DNA of 61,627 nt, the filler included, from Gonapodya sp. JEL0774 (lineage: Eukaryota): the NCBI GenBank assembly GCA_027604505.1. It is 16 parts of 16 records of this genome, joined end to end, with 100 filler letters (N's around TTAATTAATTAA, not from the genome) between each part and the next. Parts side by side here need not be neighbours in the genome. Positions count along the whole stretch, not along the records: positions 19,375 to 23,141 come from JADIIX010001153.1; positions 23,242 to 27,002 come from JADIIX010001154.1; positions 27,103 to 30,859 come from JADIIX010001155.1; positions 30,960 to 34,711 come from JADIIX010001156.1; 12 more parts are not named here. The stretch is one strand, 5' to 3'. Positions 19,390-31,043 of this stretch are shown here, piece after piece. The position numbers were made by a program, and so were the translations under genes. How positions within the stretch are numbered: the stretch's first letter is position 1; each line of letters starts with the position of its first letter. A model generated the notes under the pieces. It did not search any database, was not told where the DNA came from, and saw only the letters and a program-made list of their open reading frames with translations.

Positions 19390-22065
19390 CTAACTCTGAA
19401 TCCAATCCAACTTCAAGCCCTCCCTGGCCATCTCCACTATCCATGCCGGGGCCTGGACCAAAGTCCAACGATGCCAAAAGTGGCGAAGACGTCCCGGGAT
19501 CGGTGTGTGGGGCAGTGGGTACGGTAGGATCGACTGGAGAAGTTGATCCTTCTCCGTGCCCTCCGGGAGTGCCATTGTCCTCTCCAGGTGATGGCAGAGT
19601 TCCCGCTGCTGGGTTTCCATCGGGTGGTAGCGTTGCAGCCAAGTCGCGTACCACTGATGTGGAGGGATCCCCTCCGCGATGATCTGCTCCAGCGGATTCG
19701 AGGTTGGAGGGATCTGCGAGGGGGGGACTGGGTTCCGTGCCTGCTCCGGGGTCAGGATCTCTTCCTCGGAGTCGCTCGCGGTATTGGTCAAGCGAGACGA
19801 CTGCGCGACTGCTTGAAGCAGCTCGTCGCTGTCCCACTCGGAGTCTGAGGGACTCGTCGGGGGGGATGTCGAGGTGGGAGAGAGATCGGGGAATTCGGAA
19901 GGTGCGGGGTTCAAGGTCCCATCCCGAATTCCATGGAGCGTCAGGGCGGCTAAGTGTCCTCTGTAGGTGTGGGAGGAGACCGCCGTTGGCAAGCGGAATG
20001 TTGTTGAGAGGTCCGAGGCGCATGGAGGCCACGACTTGGCTGCCAATTGCCCGGACGGCCGGAAGGTCTTGCCAGGAGAGGAGCTCCGGTTTACTTTCCT
20101 CTCCCCCTGCCCCCCCCCTGGGTCTTGTTGAACGAGCCTTTATCACTCCTTCCTGAACTGCCGGAGACAGAGCGAGGAACGCCGGAGGGTAGCTTTGGCT
20201 GGGGGGGGTCGGCGCGTGGGCCGGGGCGCGAGCCCGAGCGCGAGTCGGGACGACTGGAGCTGGAGCGACGGCGTCCACTGGACTTTCCCAAAGATTTGCC
20301 CCTGTCCCAGGAACTTCGGACGGGGCCAGATCGAAAGGGCTGCAAGGGGTGGCCTTGCATTTGGACGACGAGCCTGGTCCCAATTTCGTGTCAGTCTTCC
20401 TCTTTGCCTCGGCGAGGGCAATGAGTGCACTGCTGGATGAAGAGGCGGGCTGTTTCAGAAGACTTTTCAGCTGCTTCCCGGAGAGCAGCTGAAGAGGCGG
20501 CAGAGACTTCTTGTGGTCCTCCTCGACAGGGTAGAGCTTGAGCAGGGCGTCAGGGCGGACCTTAAGAGCCTGGGTGGGGTTGATGGCGTTGATGATACGC
20601 AGTTGACGAGCGCTGTTGGTGCGGCTAAGGTGATGGTACGTCAAGCCCTTCAGGCCGTCAACAAGGTTGTTAAGGCCCCGGGAGGCGACTTGCGTGGTAC
20701 CATTGCGCGGGATCATGAGCTCTGAGATGCTGCCAAGGAGACGCTCGGTGGCTTTGCGTGTGACCCTATTGGCCCAGACGTGGAAGTCGAGGTAAGAGGC
20801 CTCCTTGACTCTCTTGTCCAGAGTCTCCCACTCTGCAAGGAGTTTCTCGTGAGGTGGGATATTGCTGGCGAGCTGGATCATGTGGGTGATCTGGGCCTCG
20901 TGTTCCTCCATGAAGGAGGGAATGTCAGAGGCACCATCGAGCATTGGGGCGAGAAAGACGAGTGCCTCGTCTTGGAGTTGCCGAGCGTCACTGTCTGCGC
21001 GCATAAGTTCGGTGACGGCCCTTTTTGCTCTGTCAGCAGAGTAGCCATGAGTGGTGCGGAGGGGCTCGATGAGATCATCCCGGAAACCTTTGGGGACCAG
21101 AGGCGGTTTTGAGCTCCTTGTTTGCCTTCTTCCGGTCAGCGGTTTCGGAAAGAGGGAGGAAGATGGAAAAGGCGCCATCCCCGTAAGGACCCGCAAACTT
21201 GGCGATACGGGGGTGAAAGGCTGGCTTAGCCAGGGCCGAGCGCTTGGAGCGCACACTGTGGACATCGATCCCCGGGTTGGGGAGGTGCTCACTGGGGTCG
21301 ACGGAACCGGAGGCCATGGCACTGGGGCTGGAGGCGCGGGAGCCGGAGTGAGATGAGGGACTGTCATCCTCGGAATCGAAGTTCTGGTGGCTCTCGTCAC
21401 CGTCGTTGGAGCCACACTCGGAGGAGTGGTCGAGATCCATGCCCGTATCATCCTCCAAGTCTACTTCGATGGGTAGAGCCGTGGAGGTGGCGCAAGTGGG
21501 AGACCAGTCGCGCGGGACAGACGGGGAGGAGGCGGCGCTGGTGAGGATCAGCGCACGCTGCCGTGGATCGACCTTGGCTCCGAGGAAGGCACTCAGGTGC
21601 ACGATGCCGTTGTCTTGCTGGGATACGGGGACCCGCTTGCCGTCCATGGTCTGGCGGAGCAGCTTAGCTGCAGAGGCGGGCGGCTTCAGCAGCCTTGCGC
21701 GCCTGAAGGGCCCGGTACTTGCGGTCCTTCCCCTTCTGCGCTTGGTCGCGCGCATTGTCTGCAAGCGCCTGAGACTTAGGCGTGAGGGGCTAGGAGGGGG
21801 GACCAGGGCCGTCAGCAATTCGGACGGAGGGAGTGCCAGCTCAAAGGGTGGGACACCCGGGAAGAACACTCACCACAGAAGAAGAGGAAGCCGGTCCATG
21901 GGACGCGAGGGCTTCCTTGGCGGCCTTAAAGGCGACTTCAGCCAAGAGTTCTTCGAGGTTGGAGTGAGACATAGAGACAACATCGCCCCGAGCCTTTGAG
22001 CAGGGTGGTTGCTCCTCTGGGGGAGGAGACGCATCACGGCCGCGTTCGCCAGAATGTTGAGACAT
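19390..22065 (-). mobile_element. Degenerate DIRS1-like (tyrosine-recombinase) retrotransposon: gag plus the start of the RT ORF
   Basis: PIPGRLRHFWHRWTLVQAPAWIVEMAREGLKLDW is the DIRS pre-RT motif. The gag-like ORF ends QPFRSGP...GGGRGRGK* (20091) and overlaps the pol frame. GC-rich, with several frameshifts. RT core, RNase H and YR are not on the contig. Confidence 0.8.
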
Positions 22066-23241
22066 GATCTGGGGAGGGACGGGACAGTGTCAATCGGAGT
22101 GAAAACTCGAATGACAACGGGGAACACGCCGAATGGGCGTGGCCGGAGGGGGATGCCGGCGTGGTTAGTACGCATGCCCGTGTAGAGCAACAGTGTTAGG
22201 AGCGGTCTGGCACACCGCGGGGAAAAACGCGCAGCGTTTCCCCAGTGGATGGTGCGTGCCAGAGGTGGGACTGGGGTGTTGAGACCCCATGTCCACACGC
22301 TCCGCCAAGACGCTTGGGCCTCTTCCCAAGGTGCAAGCAAAATGGTTTGCACGTGCCAAAAGGCAGAGTCTCGCAGAGACAAGACCTCGGCAGTGCGGTG
22401 CCGGAGGGACGCAGTCCCAACGGATTGGGCAAGGTGTTCGGGCCGAAAGCGCGAGCGGCCCAAGGGAAGGCCCCAGCCACGCACCAAAATGTGTGCTGGT
22501 GGGGCAGAACCCAACCGCGCAAGCCTCGAAGGGCTGGGTGGAGTCCCATGCTTCCCTGAGCACCTTGGAGGGGTGACGGGCAAACGGGTGTTCGAAAGGC
22601 CAATGGCTCGGACCAAAGCTCTAGTAAGCAATGATCCGGAGGCAGGGTGTGGGGGCGTGTAGAGCGGCTGATCCTTGCAAAGGAAAGACCGCTCTGGGGC
22701 AGTGGCGAGAGCCACTGCCCTTGTGCCCTGAGGGGAGGATGGCGATCCTTTGCCACGTCCCACACACACTGTAAGTATGTGGCAATATGCTGTAGTGGCG
22801 AGAAGCTGCTACCGCGTGCCATCGTGACCAGATGGGGCCACGAGTTGAAAATCAACGGCGTTGAGGCATCGTCGATCATCGATTTGGTCAGTAAGACTGA
22901 ATCCGAAAGGCTGCGCGGCGACAAGATACCTTAAGGAACAAGAATCCGTGCCCCAGCGGGGGGATCCGTGTCCAGAGGGCATCCTGGCGACCGATGGAAG
23001 TGGGGAGGTGGCGGGAGCCTTCGATGGGAAGAGAGGGGACGGCACCCCCCGCCAACCAGGCGATTGCAATCGCCATGGAAGGCAGTGCGGACTTACCGTG
23101 CTGTAGGGTGTCGGAAGTGGGGCCCAGTCAGGATAAATGACNNNNNNNNNNNNNNNNNNNNNNNNNNNNNNNNNNNNNNNNNNNNTTAATTAATTAANNN
23201 NNNNNNNNNNNNNNNNNNNNNNNNNNNNNNNNNNNNNNNNN

Positions 23242-26098
23242 TGTCGTCTGTGGTGCAGTTCACTCAGCTTCCCTATTTGGGCTTGTTTCTCCACTCATAG
23301 TTGTTGCAATTGCCATCCCAGCCATTGTGACCGATTTCAATACTATCTCCGGCCTCAGTTGGATTGTAAGCTTTTCGAGCTATTATCATTTCCCGCTGAT
23401 CCCTCCAACTAACTCACAACTTTCCGACCTGCGCGACCCGCTTGACCTAGGGAACCGCCTACTTTCTCGCATCCACGCCCTTCATCCCCACCTATGGAAA
23501 GCTCGCTGACATTTTCGGTCGCAAGCCCGTCTTTCTGGCGGGAATCGTCATGTTCGAACTGGGCTCGTTACTCTGCGGGTTGGCGCCAAACATGCCCGCC
23601 TTGATTATCGGGAGGGTGAGTATGGAAAGCGGCCCTGTCTCAGGTATTGGTCGATTAAATGCTGCCCTCCTTGTTTGTCTAGACGGTCGCTGGCCTCGGT
23701 GGTGGTGCCATGTTGCCGATGGTGAGTTCCCGGTCCATGGTATCTTACCGGCGATCTCTCCGTGTACTCACCGCACCTATACTCCCGCACCAATCGCAGG
23801 TGATCATCATTATCTCTGGTATGGAAATCAGCATATTTCTTGCTATTCTCATACTTGCAATGTGAACTCCTCTGGTGACACAAACTCAGACATCGTCCCC
23901 CTGCACGACAGACCAAAATACCAGGGAATCATTGGTGCGTGCTTTGGACTCGCAAGTGTTGCCGGTGAGTATCGGATGTTGTTCAACCCCAGGATAACCG
24001 ACCCTGAGATCCCATATCGAATGCACGGCGTTGATTCCGGCTCTCTACCTTTTGCACAGGACCTTTGAGTGAGTATTTGTTCGGCCAATCTCAATGACTT
24101 CAATAGCTTTGAGCAAAATCGTTGGCCTGCAGTGGGAGGCGCTTTCACCGATCACTTGAGCTGGCGTTGGTGAGTTGTGCGTGCGTAAGTTCGCCCTGAC
24201 TTTCTCTTCACACGTGTGTCTTGATTTGAAAACAAGGTGCTTCCTCATCAATCTTCCAGTTGGTGCTCTTACGGTGGTGTTTGTGATCGTATTCCTAAGA
24301 TTGCCAAACGTAAGCAATGTCCATTCTGCAGACCCTCGAAACCGCTTCTCGACTCAACTGATGATGCGAATACTTGCAGCCCAAAGGCGACGTCCGTGAG
24401 AAACTTTCCAAGATCGATTATCTGGGAACATTTTGGTTGGCCGCAGCTACCGTGTTGCTGGTGTATGCTCTTTCATCCGGCGGTGGAGAGTAGGTTGAGC
24501 GCTCAGTTCTCCCGTCTAAACCCCCGCTCATGCCCCCGCTCATGCCCCCCGATTCGCCATAAGGTATGCATGGAGCTCAGCTCCCATCATCTCGATGTTG
24601 GTTCTGTCCGTTGTGTGTGCGGTCGCCTTTGTGATCGTGGAAGCGAGAGTGCGTGAGGCGTGTCTGACTGCTGGCCAGCTGGGATGCACTGAGTACGATG
24701 GCTTTCCGATCGCGTATAGTTCGCCAAAGTACCTCTTATCCCATTGGAGCTTTGGAAGAACAAGTATGCTGTCGCGGTGTGGCTTTGCGCTTTCGTGAGT
24801 TATCTGGGGGTCTTGATGGGGGTCATTGCGACAACATAAACTCGATCTAACGCGGCCACACTCGTATTGTCAGCTTCTTGGCATGTCATTTTTTACCATG
24901 TGAGATTTCATCTTGATTGTAGGGCACGTATCGTTGGGGCGCGATCATTACCAATATCGCGTACCCTCTTTCCCTAAGTTCGTACTATTTGCCTCTCTAC
25001 TTCCAGATCGTCAACGGGAATACTGGTAAGACTTCTGATCGTTTTTACTACACCTTTGTTTGCGTATTTACTGTGCACCGTGCCATGAATTCCAGCCACG
25101 GAAGCAGGGGTGCACACAATCCCTGTGATTCTTGGGCTGGTCTTTATCGGCATCACGAGTGGGATTGCCATTTCAGCTACGGGTTACACAACGCCTTTTA
25201 TCCACTTCGGTGCCATCATGATGATGGTTGGTGCGGGATTGATGTCCACTCTGAATTCTTCGAGTGGACCTGACAAGCAGGTTGGATACTTGCTCATTGC
25301 AGGATTTGGACTTGGATTTAATGTAAGTACTTCGGCCTTGTCAACTTCGAGCGTATGCGTAGGAATTTGAACCAACTCGTGGTCTGTCGAAGATCCAAAG
25401 CATCAACCTCAAGTGAGATCGAAAACGTTATACGGCGTTAATCCTTCGAGCTTACACAAAGACATTTTTGCTTTGCAGTGGGCAGAATACCGTTCCAGTG
25501 CCGATGCTGGCCGTCATGATTTGTGAGTGTGTTGTTCTGGATAGGGTTCCCACACTATGGAACTATGCTGCGTGCAAATTAAGTACTAACAAGGATGTCA
25601 CTTCCAGCTAGTTTTTCGTTTTGGCAGGTTCTCGGGGCTGTCTTCGGAGTCGCCAGTGAGTGATGATCCTGGGAAACGGCGTCTTAACTTCAACTGAGAA
25701 ACTCTCTTCTGTGCGATCGCATACCACAACAGTCAACGGTACAATCTTTACCAATCTATTAACCTCCAAGTTAGAAGCGACCATACCTAGTGCCGATTTG
25801 ATACAGTTTGCGAAGAACCAACCTTCACGCATTCGGGCAGCAGTCGCATCGGGACAGATTCCTCAGGCACTGTTGGATCCCATCACCACGGCGTACACGG
25901 ACTCACTTTCTGTCGTGTTCAAAGTCGCACTTGGCACCTCGGGCGCATTGCTGCTTGCAAGGTGAGCACTCTTTGTTTATGTGCCGATCTTTTAGCGTCC
26001 TCTGGATCTCGAACGGCATTCCATATAGTTTTCTTTTGAAGAGAGATCGCTTTTCGAAGGCAGGGAAGAACGGGCCAGTCGACATGGCGCCAGTTTGA
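23242..26098 (+). CDS. MFS drug:H+ antiporter, DHA2 (14-TM) family, 5' truncated, many short exons
   Basis: AIPAIVTDF...SWI|GTAYFL...YGKLADIFGRKPVF...FELGSLLCGLAPNMPALIIGR, DIVPLHDRPKYQGIIGACFGLASVAG, GGAFTDHLSWRW|CFLINLPVG and LPLYFQIVNG. Stop at 26098. Confidence 0.93.
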
Positions 26099-26235
26099 GG
26101 TTCTTCTAATCGTTTTCTTGACACGCGATCATCACAGGGATGTCTTTGTTAATGCGATTCGAGCGATGCTTGTAAATCTTACGTGATCTAATAATACTTT
26201 TGGGTGACTTGAAGGATAAAATACATCTCAGCACA

Positions 26236-27002
26236 TCACAATCTCGCGGGCTCCAGCGAATCGATCCCAGCCTTTTTCAGAGGGAAGTTCCCTCTCTTGG
26301 TCAAATCCCAACCTTCCGTCATTGCGACGTCCCTTTCAAAATCGTACTCTGCTCCTTTCTTCAAATTGGGCAGAGTACCGAAAAGTGCAACGGAAGCCCA
26401 GAGCTGCCACTCCCTAGCTAGTCCGGCGACGCGACCCTCTGTTCGAGTCAACTGCATGCGACCGAGCTCGCGTGAAGTTAGCAAGGTATTCAGGGCACGA
26501 GGGAATCGATGTTTCTGGTAGGTCGAGCAAACGCGGTGGAACGTCTCCAGCGAGGTGCCCGGCGTAAAAATGGAGGCTCCGCCCTGCATTTCGGCACTTA
26601 AGATGAAGGTGCCAACATCTTCAAAGCACATCATGGCGCCTTGACCAAAGTATGGTGCGACAGGATGGGCTGCGAGCCAGTCATTTCAAAGTGAGGGTGC
26701 CGTCTCGCCGCCCGAACCAATACTCGCGATCGAACATCCAAGAACTCACCGGCATCTCCCATTAGTAGCACCCTACCATTAAACCATTTGTGTACGGGAT
26801 TGCGATCTCTGATCCCGACTCTGATTATGTTCTTTCCCTGCTCCACGGGCACAACAAACTCCTCCGCCCAACCATCTTGGCGGAGAGAGGCGCAAAGCTG
26901 TCGTTTCTCTGCCTCCGCCTCGGCTAGTGTAAGTGTTTTCCAAGATTCGGGGTTCAGCGGCGCGACAGTGTAAATTTGGAAAACTTGTTCGGTAGGGGAC
27001 AC
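26236..27002 (-). CDS. FAD-dependent monooxygenase (group A, salicylate-hydroxylase-like), 3' part
   Basis: IRDRNPVHKWFNGRVLLMGDA|AHPVAPYFGQGAMMCFEDV (GD fingerprint split by an intron) and YQKHRFPRA. Confidence 0.9.
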
Positions 27003-27102
27003 NNNNNNNNNNNNNNNNNNNNNNNNNNNNNNNNNNNNNNNNNNNNTTAATTAATTAANNNNNNNNNNNNNNNNNNNNNNNNNNNNNNNNNNNNNNNNNN
27101 NN

Positions 27103-28672
27103 GAAGTACACCACTGTTGTTTCCGACACGGGCGATTTTGAAGGTATGTCTCCTCTTCTGTGCTAGAGTTCATGACTCGGTGTAGTCTCAGAATTGACCG
27201 AACAAAGTCTTTCCACAGCCATTGCCCAATACAAGCCACAAGACGCCACTACAAACCCATCATTGATCCTACAGGCGTCTCAGAAGCTTCAGTACCAACC
27301 GCTGATTGATTCAGCGGTTGAATATGCGAAGAAGCGCGGAGGGTGAGTGTCCATACGACCAGACTCCTATTTCTCCTCATTTTCATCTTTCCGGTTGCGC
27401 GATATGTACCGATGTACGGGAAACTTTGATTCTCTCACTGTCAGTTCCCTCGAGGAACAGGTCTCTGTCGCCTTTGACAAAGTCTGTGTCAACTTCGGCA
27501 TCGAGATTCTCAAGATTGTCCCTGGCCGCGTCTCCACCGAAGTAGACGCTGCGTACTCCTTCGACAAGGATGGTACTGTGAAGAAAGCGCTCGCGCTTGT
27601 CGCTCTCTACAAAGAGGCCGGAATTGACGCCGAGAAGCGCGTTCTCATCAAGATTGCCAGCACCTGGTAAGTGAATAATCTCATTCTGAAGATTGAGGTT
27701 ACTATGGCGTTCGTTTCTCGACGTATTGATGCGACAATCTGTCGTTACTCATATCGCCGTTAACTAGGGAGGGTATTCAAGCCGCACGCATTCTAGAACG
27801 TGACCACAACATCCACTGCAACCTCACACTTTTGTTTGGCTTCCCTCAGGTGAGTAATGCTAGGCAGGTAGCCCCGACCTGTCAACTCAACTCTAAGACC
27901 TGTGACCGCGTCAACTGATCCTTAACAAATGTGTCTTCTTGGGATTCTTCTCCATCCATCGGCTTCGCAAACTCCCCTCGTCAGGCGGTTGCTTGTGCCG
28001 AAGCAAACATTACCCTCATTTCCCCATTCGTCGGTCGCATCCTAGACTGGCACAAGAAGGCTACCCCCGATCAAGCCGCGTCCTTCACCGGCGCCAATGA
28101 CCCGGGTGTCAAGTCGGTCAGTCGCATTTTCAACTACTACAAGCGATATGGGTACAAGACTATCGTGATGGGAGCGAGTTTCAGGAACACAGGGGAAATC
28201 GAGGAGCTCGCAGGCTGCGATTTCCTGACCATCAGCCCACAGCTTTTGGGTGAGATGGACAAGGACTCAAAGGTATGTGTCTATGGGACTGGTGACGTGC
28301 TCTCCTAGAGCACAGTTCTAGGTGTCAAGTTGGAACTAAGACGACGGTCGTCAAATTTTACTCTCAAGACCATTGAGGCCAAGCTTGTCGCCTCCCGCGC
28401 CGCCACCCTCGACATTCCCAAGGTTTCATACGTTGATGATGAGGTTAAGTTCCGGTGAGTGTGATGACCTCCTCTTGGATTGACCGTAATTGTCAGTCCG
28501 CCTCATTCTCTAAACCTTCTCCACTGCCAGTTGGGACATGAACGAAGACGCCATGTCAACCGAGAAACTCTCGGAAGGTATTCGCAACTTCTACAAGGAC
28601 GCTGAGAAGCTTCGCGCTGTTCTCAAGAGCAAACTGGCGGGTTCTGGTGCGGCAGAGAGCAAATCCAACTGA
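27103..28672 (+). CDS. TAL1: Transaldolase, 5' truncated, multi-exon
   Basis: [46 protein letters not shown] (Schiff-base Lys), [29 protein letters not shown] and [10 protein letters not shown]. Stop at 28670-28672. Confidence 0.97.
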
Positions 28673-29131
28673 GCATATCCGAACATATTATTTTCTAAGT
28701 AAAGGATGAAAGCATGGATACGTCTATTAGATCGATAGTTCTTACCCGTCTCGTGTCTGCACACTTGCAAGAGAAAAACGTTTGCTTCAGAGCTTTGCGA
28801 GTTTCAGCATTTCCGCGATGATGTTGGAATATCATTCCAGTAACCCTACCGATAGAATCGGGATTGTTGTTGGATGAGAGAGAGTTCCGGGCCGAATGAA
28901 TGAGCATGTCGTCCAGGTGATCTGCGTTTCGGACTGAGAACGAGCTTCAAAATTTTGGCAACTGGAATCCTTGGATCTTATCGATTTTATATTATATTAT
29001 GATGGACGGCTTCCTTGCGTGGACATACAATAGTTCTCGATGATCTACCCCATTATATATGCGCCGTCAGCTTGACCCTCACATCCCCTTGGTATCCTCC
29101 CGATCGAAAGAAATACACAAAAAAAAACACT

Positions 29132-29803
29132 TCAGATGTGCTCAGAACTTGTAGTAAGTGTGTCTCCGGTGGTAACTTTGCATCGATCCCGTGAACTGAC
29201 TCCTATCGGGGTTGGCTGGTATTGACAAACAATCTTGCATCCTGCAGTTCCCTCCAGTACCGGGGCCGGCACCGATGGTGCCTTATGGTGCGTGTCATTC
29301 ACTGCTCTCTTCAAGCCCTTTATGCAAGTCTGCTGGTGTACAGGCAACACTGTACCTGCGGCTGCCCATTGCCCACGAGGTGAGGCAACTCCTGGCTTCC
29401 AGGCGACAACGGGACCGTCAGTCGCCGATCGGTCATGCTTCCGGAGTGGGAGAGTTTGAATCGCGAATTGAATGTCCCCTACGCTTCTGGATCTTGCCAA
29501 ATTGAAGATCTTGCGAGTGAGGTACCAGTTTCGAAGGAACTGAACTTGACGAATTTCCGAGGTATCGGGGGGAACAGGGAGGAGTCCATCGAGAGGGTCG
29601 GGACGAGTGTTGATGTCCTCCACTGGTTGAACGTCTTCGGGGCCGCTTAACAGTGACGCGGAACTCGACGACCGGAAAGAGTCGCAGGAGCTTTCGTCCC
29701 CCTTGCATCGCATTTCATTGGGGTGACCGGTAAGGGGAGGCAGTGGAGGATCATCCAGTGGAGGTAGAGGCCAGCTAATCATGATAGAATCTCGGTAGGA
29801 CAT
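29132..29803 (-). CDS. Hypothetical protein (223 aa)
   Basis: ATG-initiated ORF lying between transaldolase and the OSBP gene. Pro/Ser-rich N-terminus, no motif recognised. Confidence 0.35.
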   Translation of the reverse strand: MSYRDSIMISWPLPPLDDPPLPPLTGHPNEMRCKGDESSCDSFRSSSSASLLSGPEDVQPVEDINTRPDPLDGLLPVPPDTSEIRQVQFLRNWYLTRKIFNLARSRSVGDIQFAIQTLPLRKHDRSATDGPVVAWKPGVASPRGQWAAAGTVLPVHQQTCIKGLKRAVNDTHHKAPSVPAPVLEGTAGCKIVCQYQPTPIGVSSRDRCKVTTGDTLTTSSEHI

Positions 29804-30213
29804 TCCTCTTTTGGGAATCTGCGGAAGGCTAAGGACGTGGATTCAAGCTTCGAAGAACAAACGAACTCTTTGTTTGTGTGGAGGCTTCTGGGCAGTTTTA
29901 CAATGGGCGATTCCTGTAACACACGACTGACTGACAACTGCGAAGCCAACGTTGACGACCGGCGATCTATTACAATACGAAACAAGCCCCAAATTGGGGA
30001 GGAGAAAGTCGTCACTCATGGGTACAACCCTAGGACTTTTCAAGCGAACCCACCGTTTCGTTTGCGTTTGTACTGCGTTTATTATGTTTCTTGTACTAGG
30101 CGTCGTACAACAATGCTTTTCAACACTCAGTTCGCCCATTGGGGTGAGCTGTGGCATTCATTTGAACACATAAAGCTTGAGAAACCATTCCGCCAATCAA
30201 CAGTCAACCTCCA

Positions 30214-30859
30214 ATGCTCGGAGAACAAATCCCGTATTCCCGTCTGCCGAATGAATCCACGACAATATATCCGCCACCGTCCGTCGGGCCCGCGTCCACC
30301 GCTTCGGGATCTCAGTCTCCAATCAATCAGTATTCCCGGACACATCTTCCAGCTCGATCCCCGCCCACCACCCCTATCTCGCTGACATCATTGCTGAAAC
30401 GTAACCATAGTGAAAACACTGAACTCTCTTCCGTCTCCATGCCCGCCTCCTTCAATTTACCCCTGTCCCTCCTCCAATCAATTGCGGAAGAGTTTGAATA
30501 CGCCGACCTGCTCGATAAAGCTGCTCACATGGAGGATCCAGTAGATCGAATTGCATTTGTGGCTGCGTTTGCTGTTTCTGGATATGCGCATACGAGGAAC
30601 AGGGGTGGAAGGAAGCCATTCAACCCGCTTTTGGGAGAGACGTACGAGTTGATTAGGGCCGACAAAGGTTTTAGGTTCATAGCGGAAAAGGTTGTTCATC
30701 ATCCGTGAGTACTGGTTTAGGATTTTCATAGTGCTTCATGACTGATATTGTTGTATCCATCAACAAGGCGTCCTGTGATGGGAGTACATGTTGAGTCGCT
30801 TTCCGGCACATACTCCGTAATTTGCGATTCCGAGCTGCAAAGTAGATTTTGGGTTAGTA
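30214..30859 (+). CDS. Oxysterol-binding protein-related protein (ORD domain), 3' truncated
   Basis: [31 protein letters not shown]...[14 protein letters not shown]...[13 protein letters not shown]...[12 protein letters not shown]. Confidence 0.92.
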
Positions 30860-31043
30860 NNNNNNNNNNNNNNNNNNNNNNNNNNNNNNNNNNNNNNNNN
30901 NNNTTAATTAATTAANNNNNNNNNNNNNNNNNNNNNNNNNNNNNNNNNNNNNNNNNNNNCGAAGCGGTGGTATCTCCAAGCGATCGTTTGTCCTCCAGTC
31001 TCCCACCGTATTCTCAAGTTACGACTGACGCCCATCAATCCTC

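Noticed and set aside
24521..24550. 12-bp tandem duplication CCCCCGCTCATG within the MFS gene
   Set aside because: A short slippage event, apparently intronic, with no evident function.
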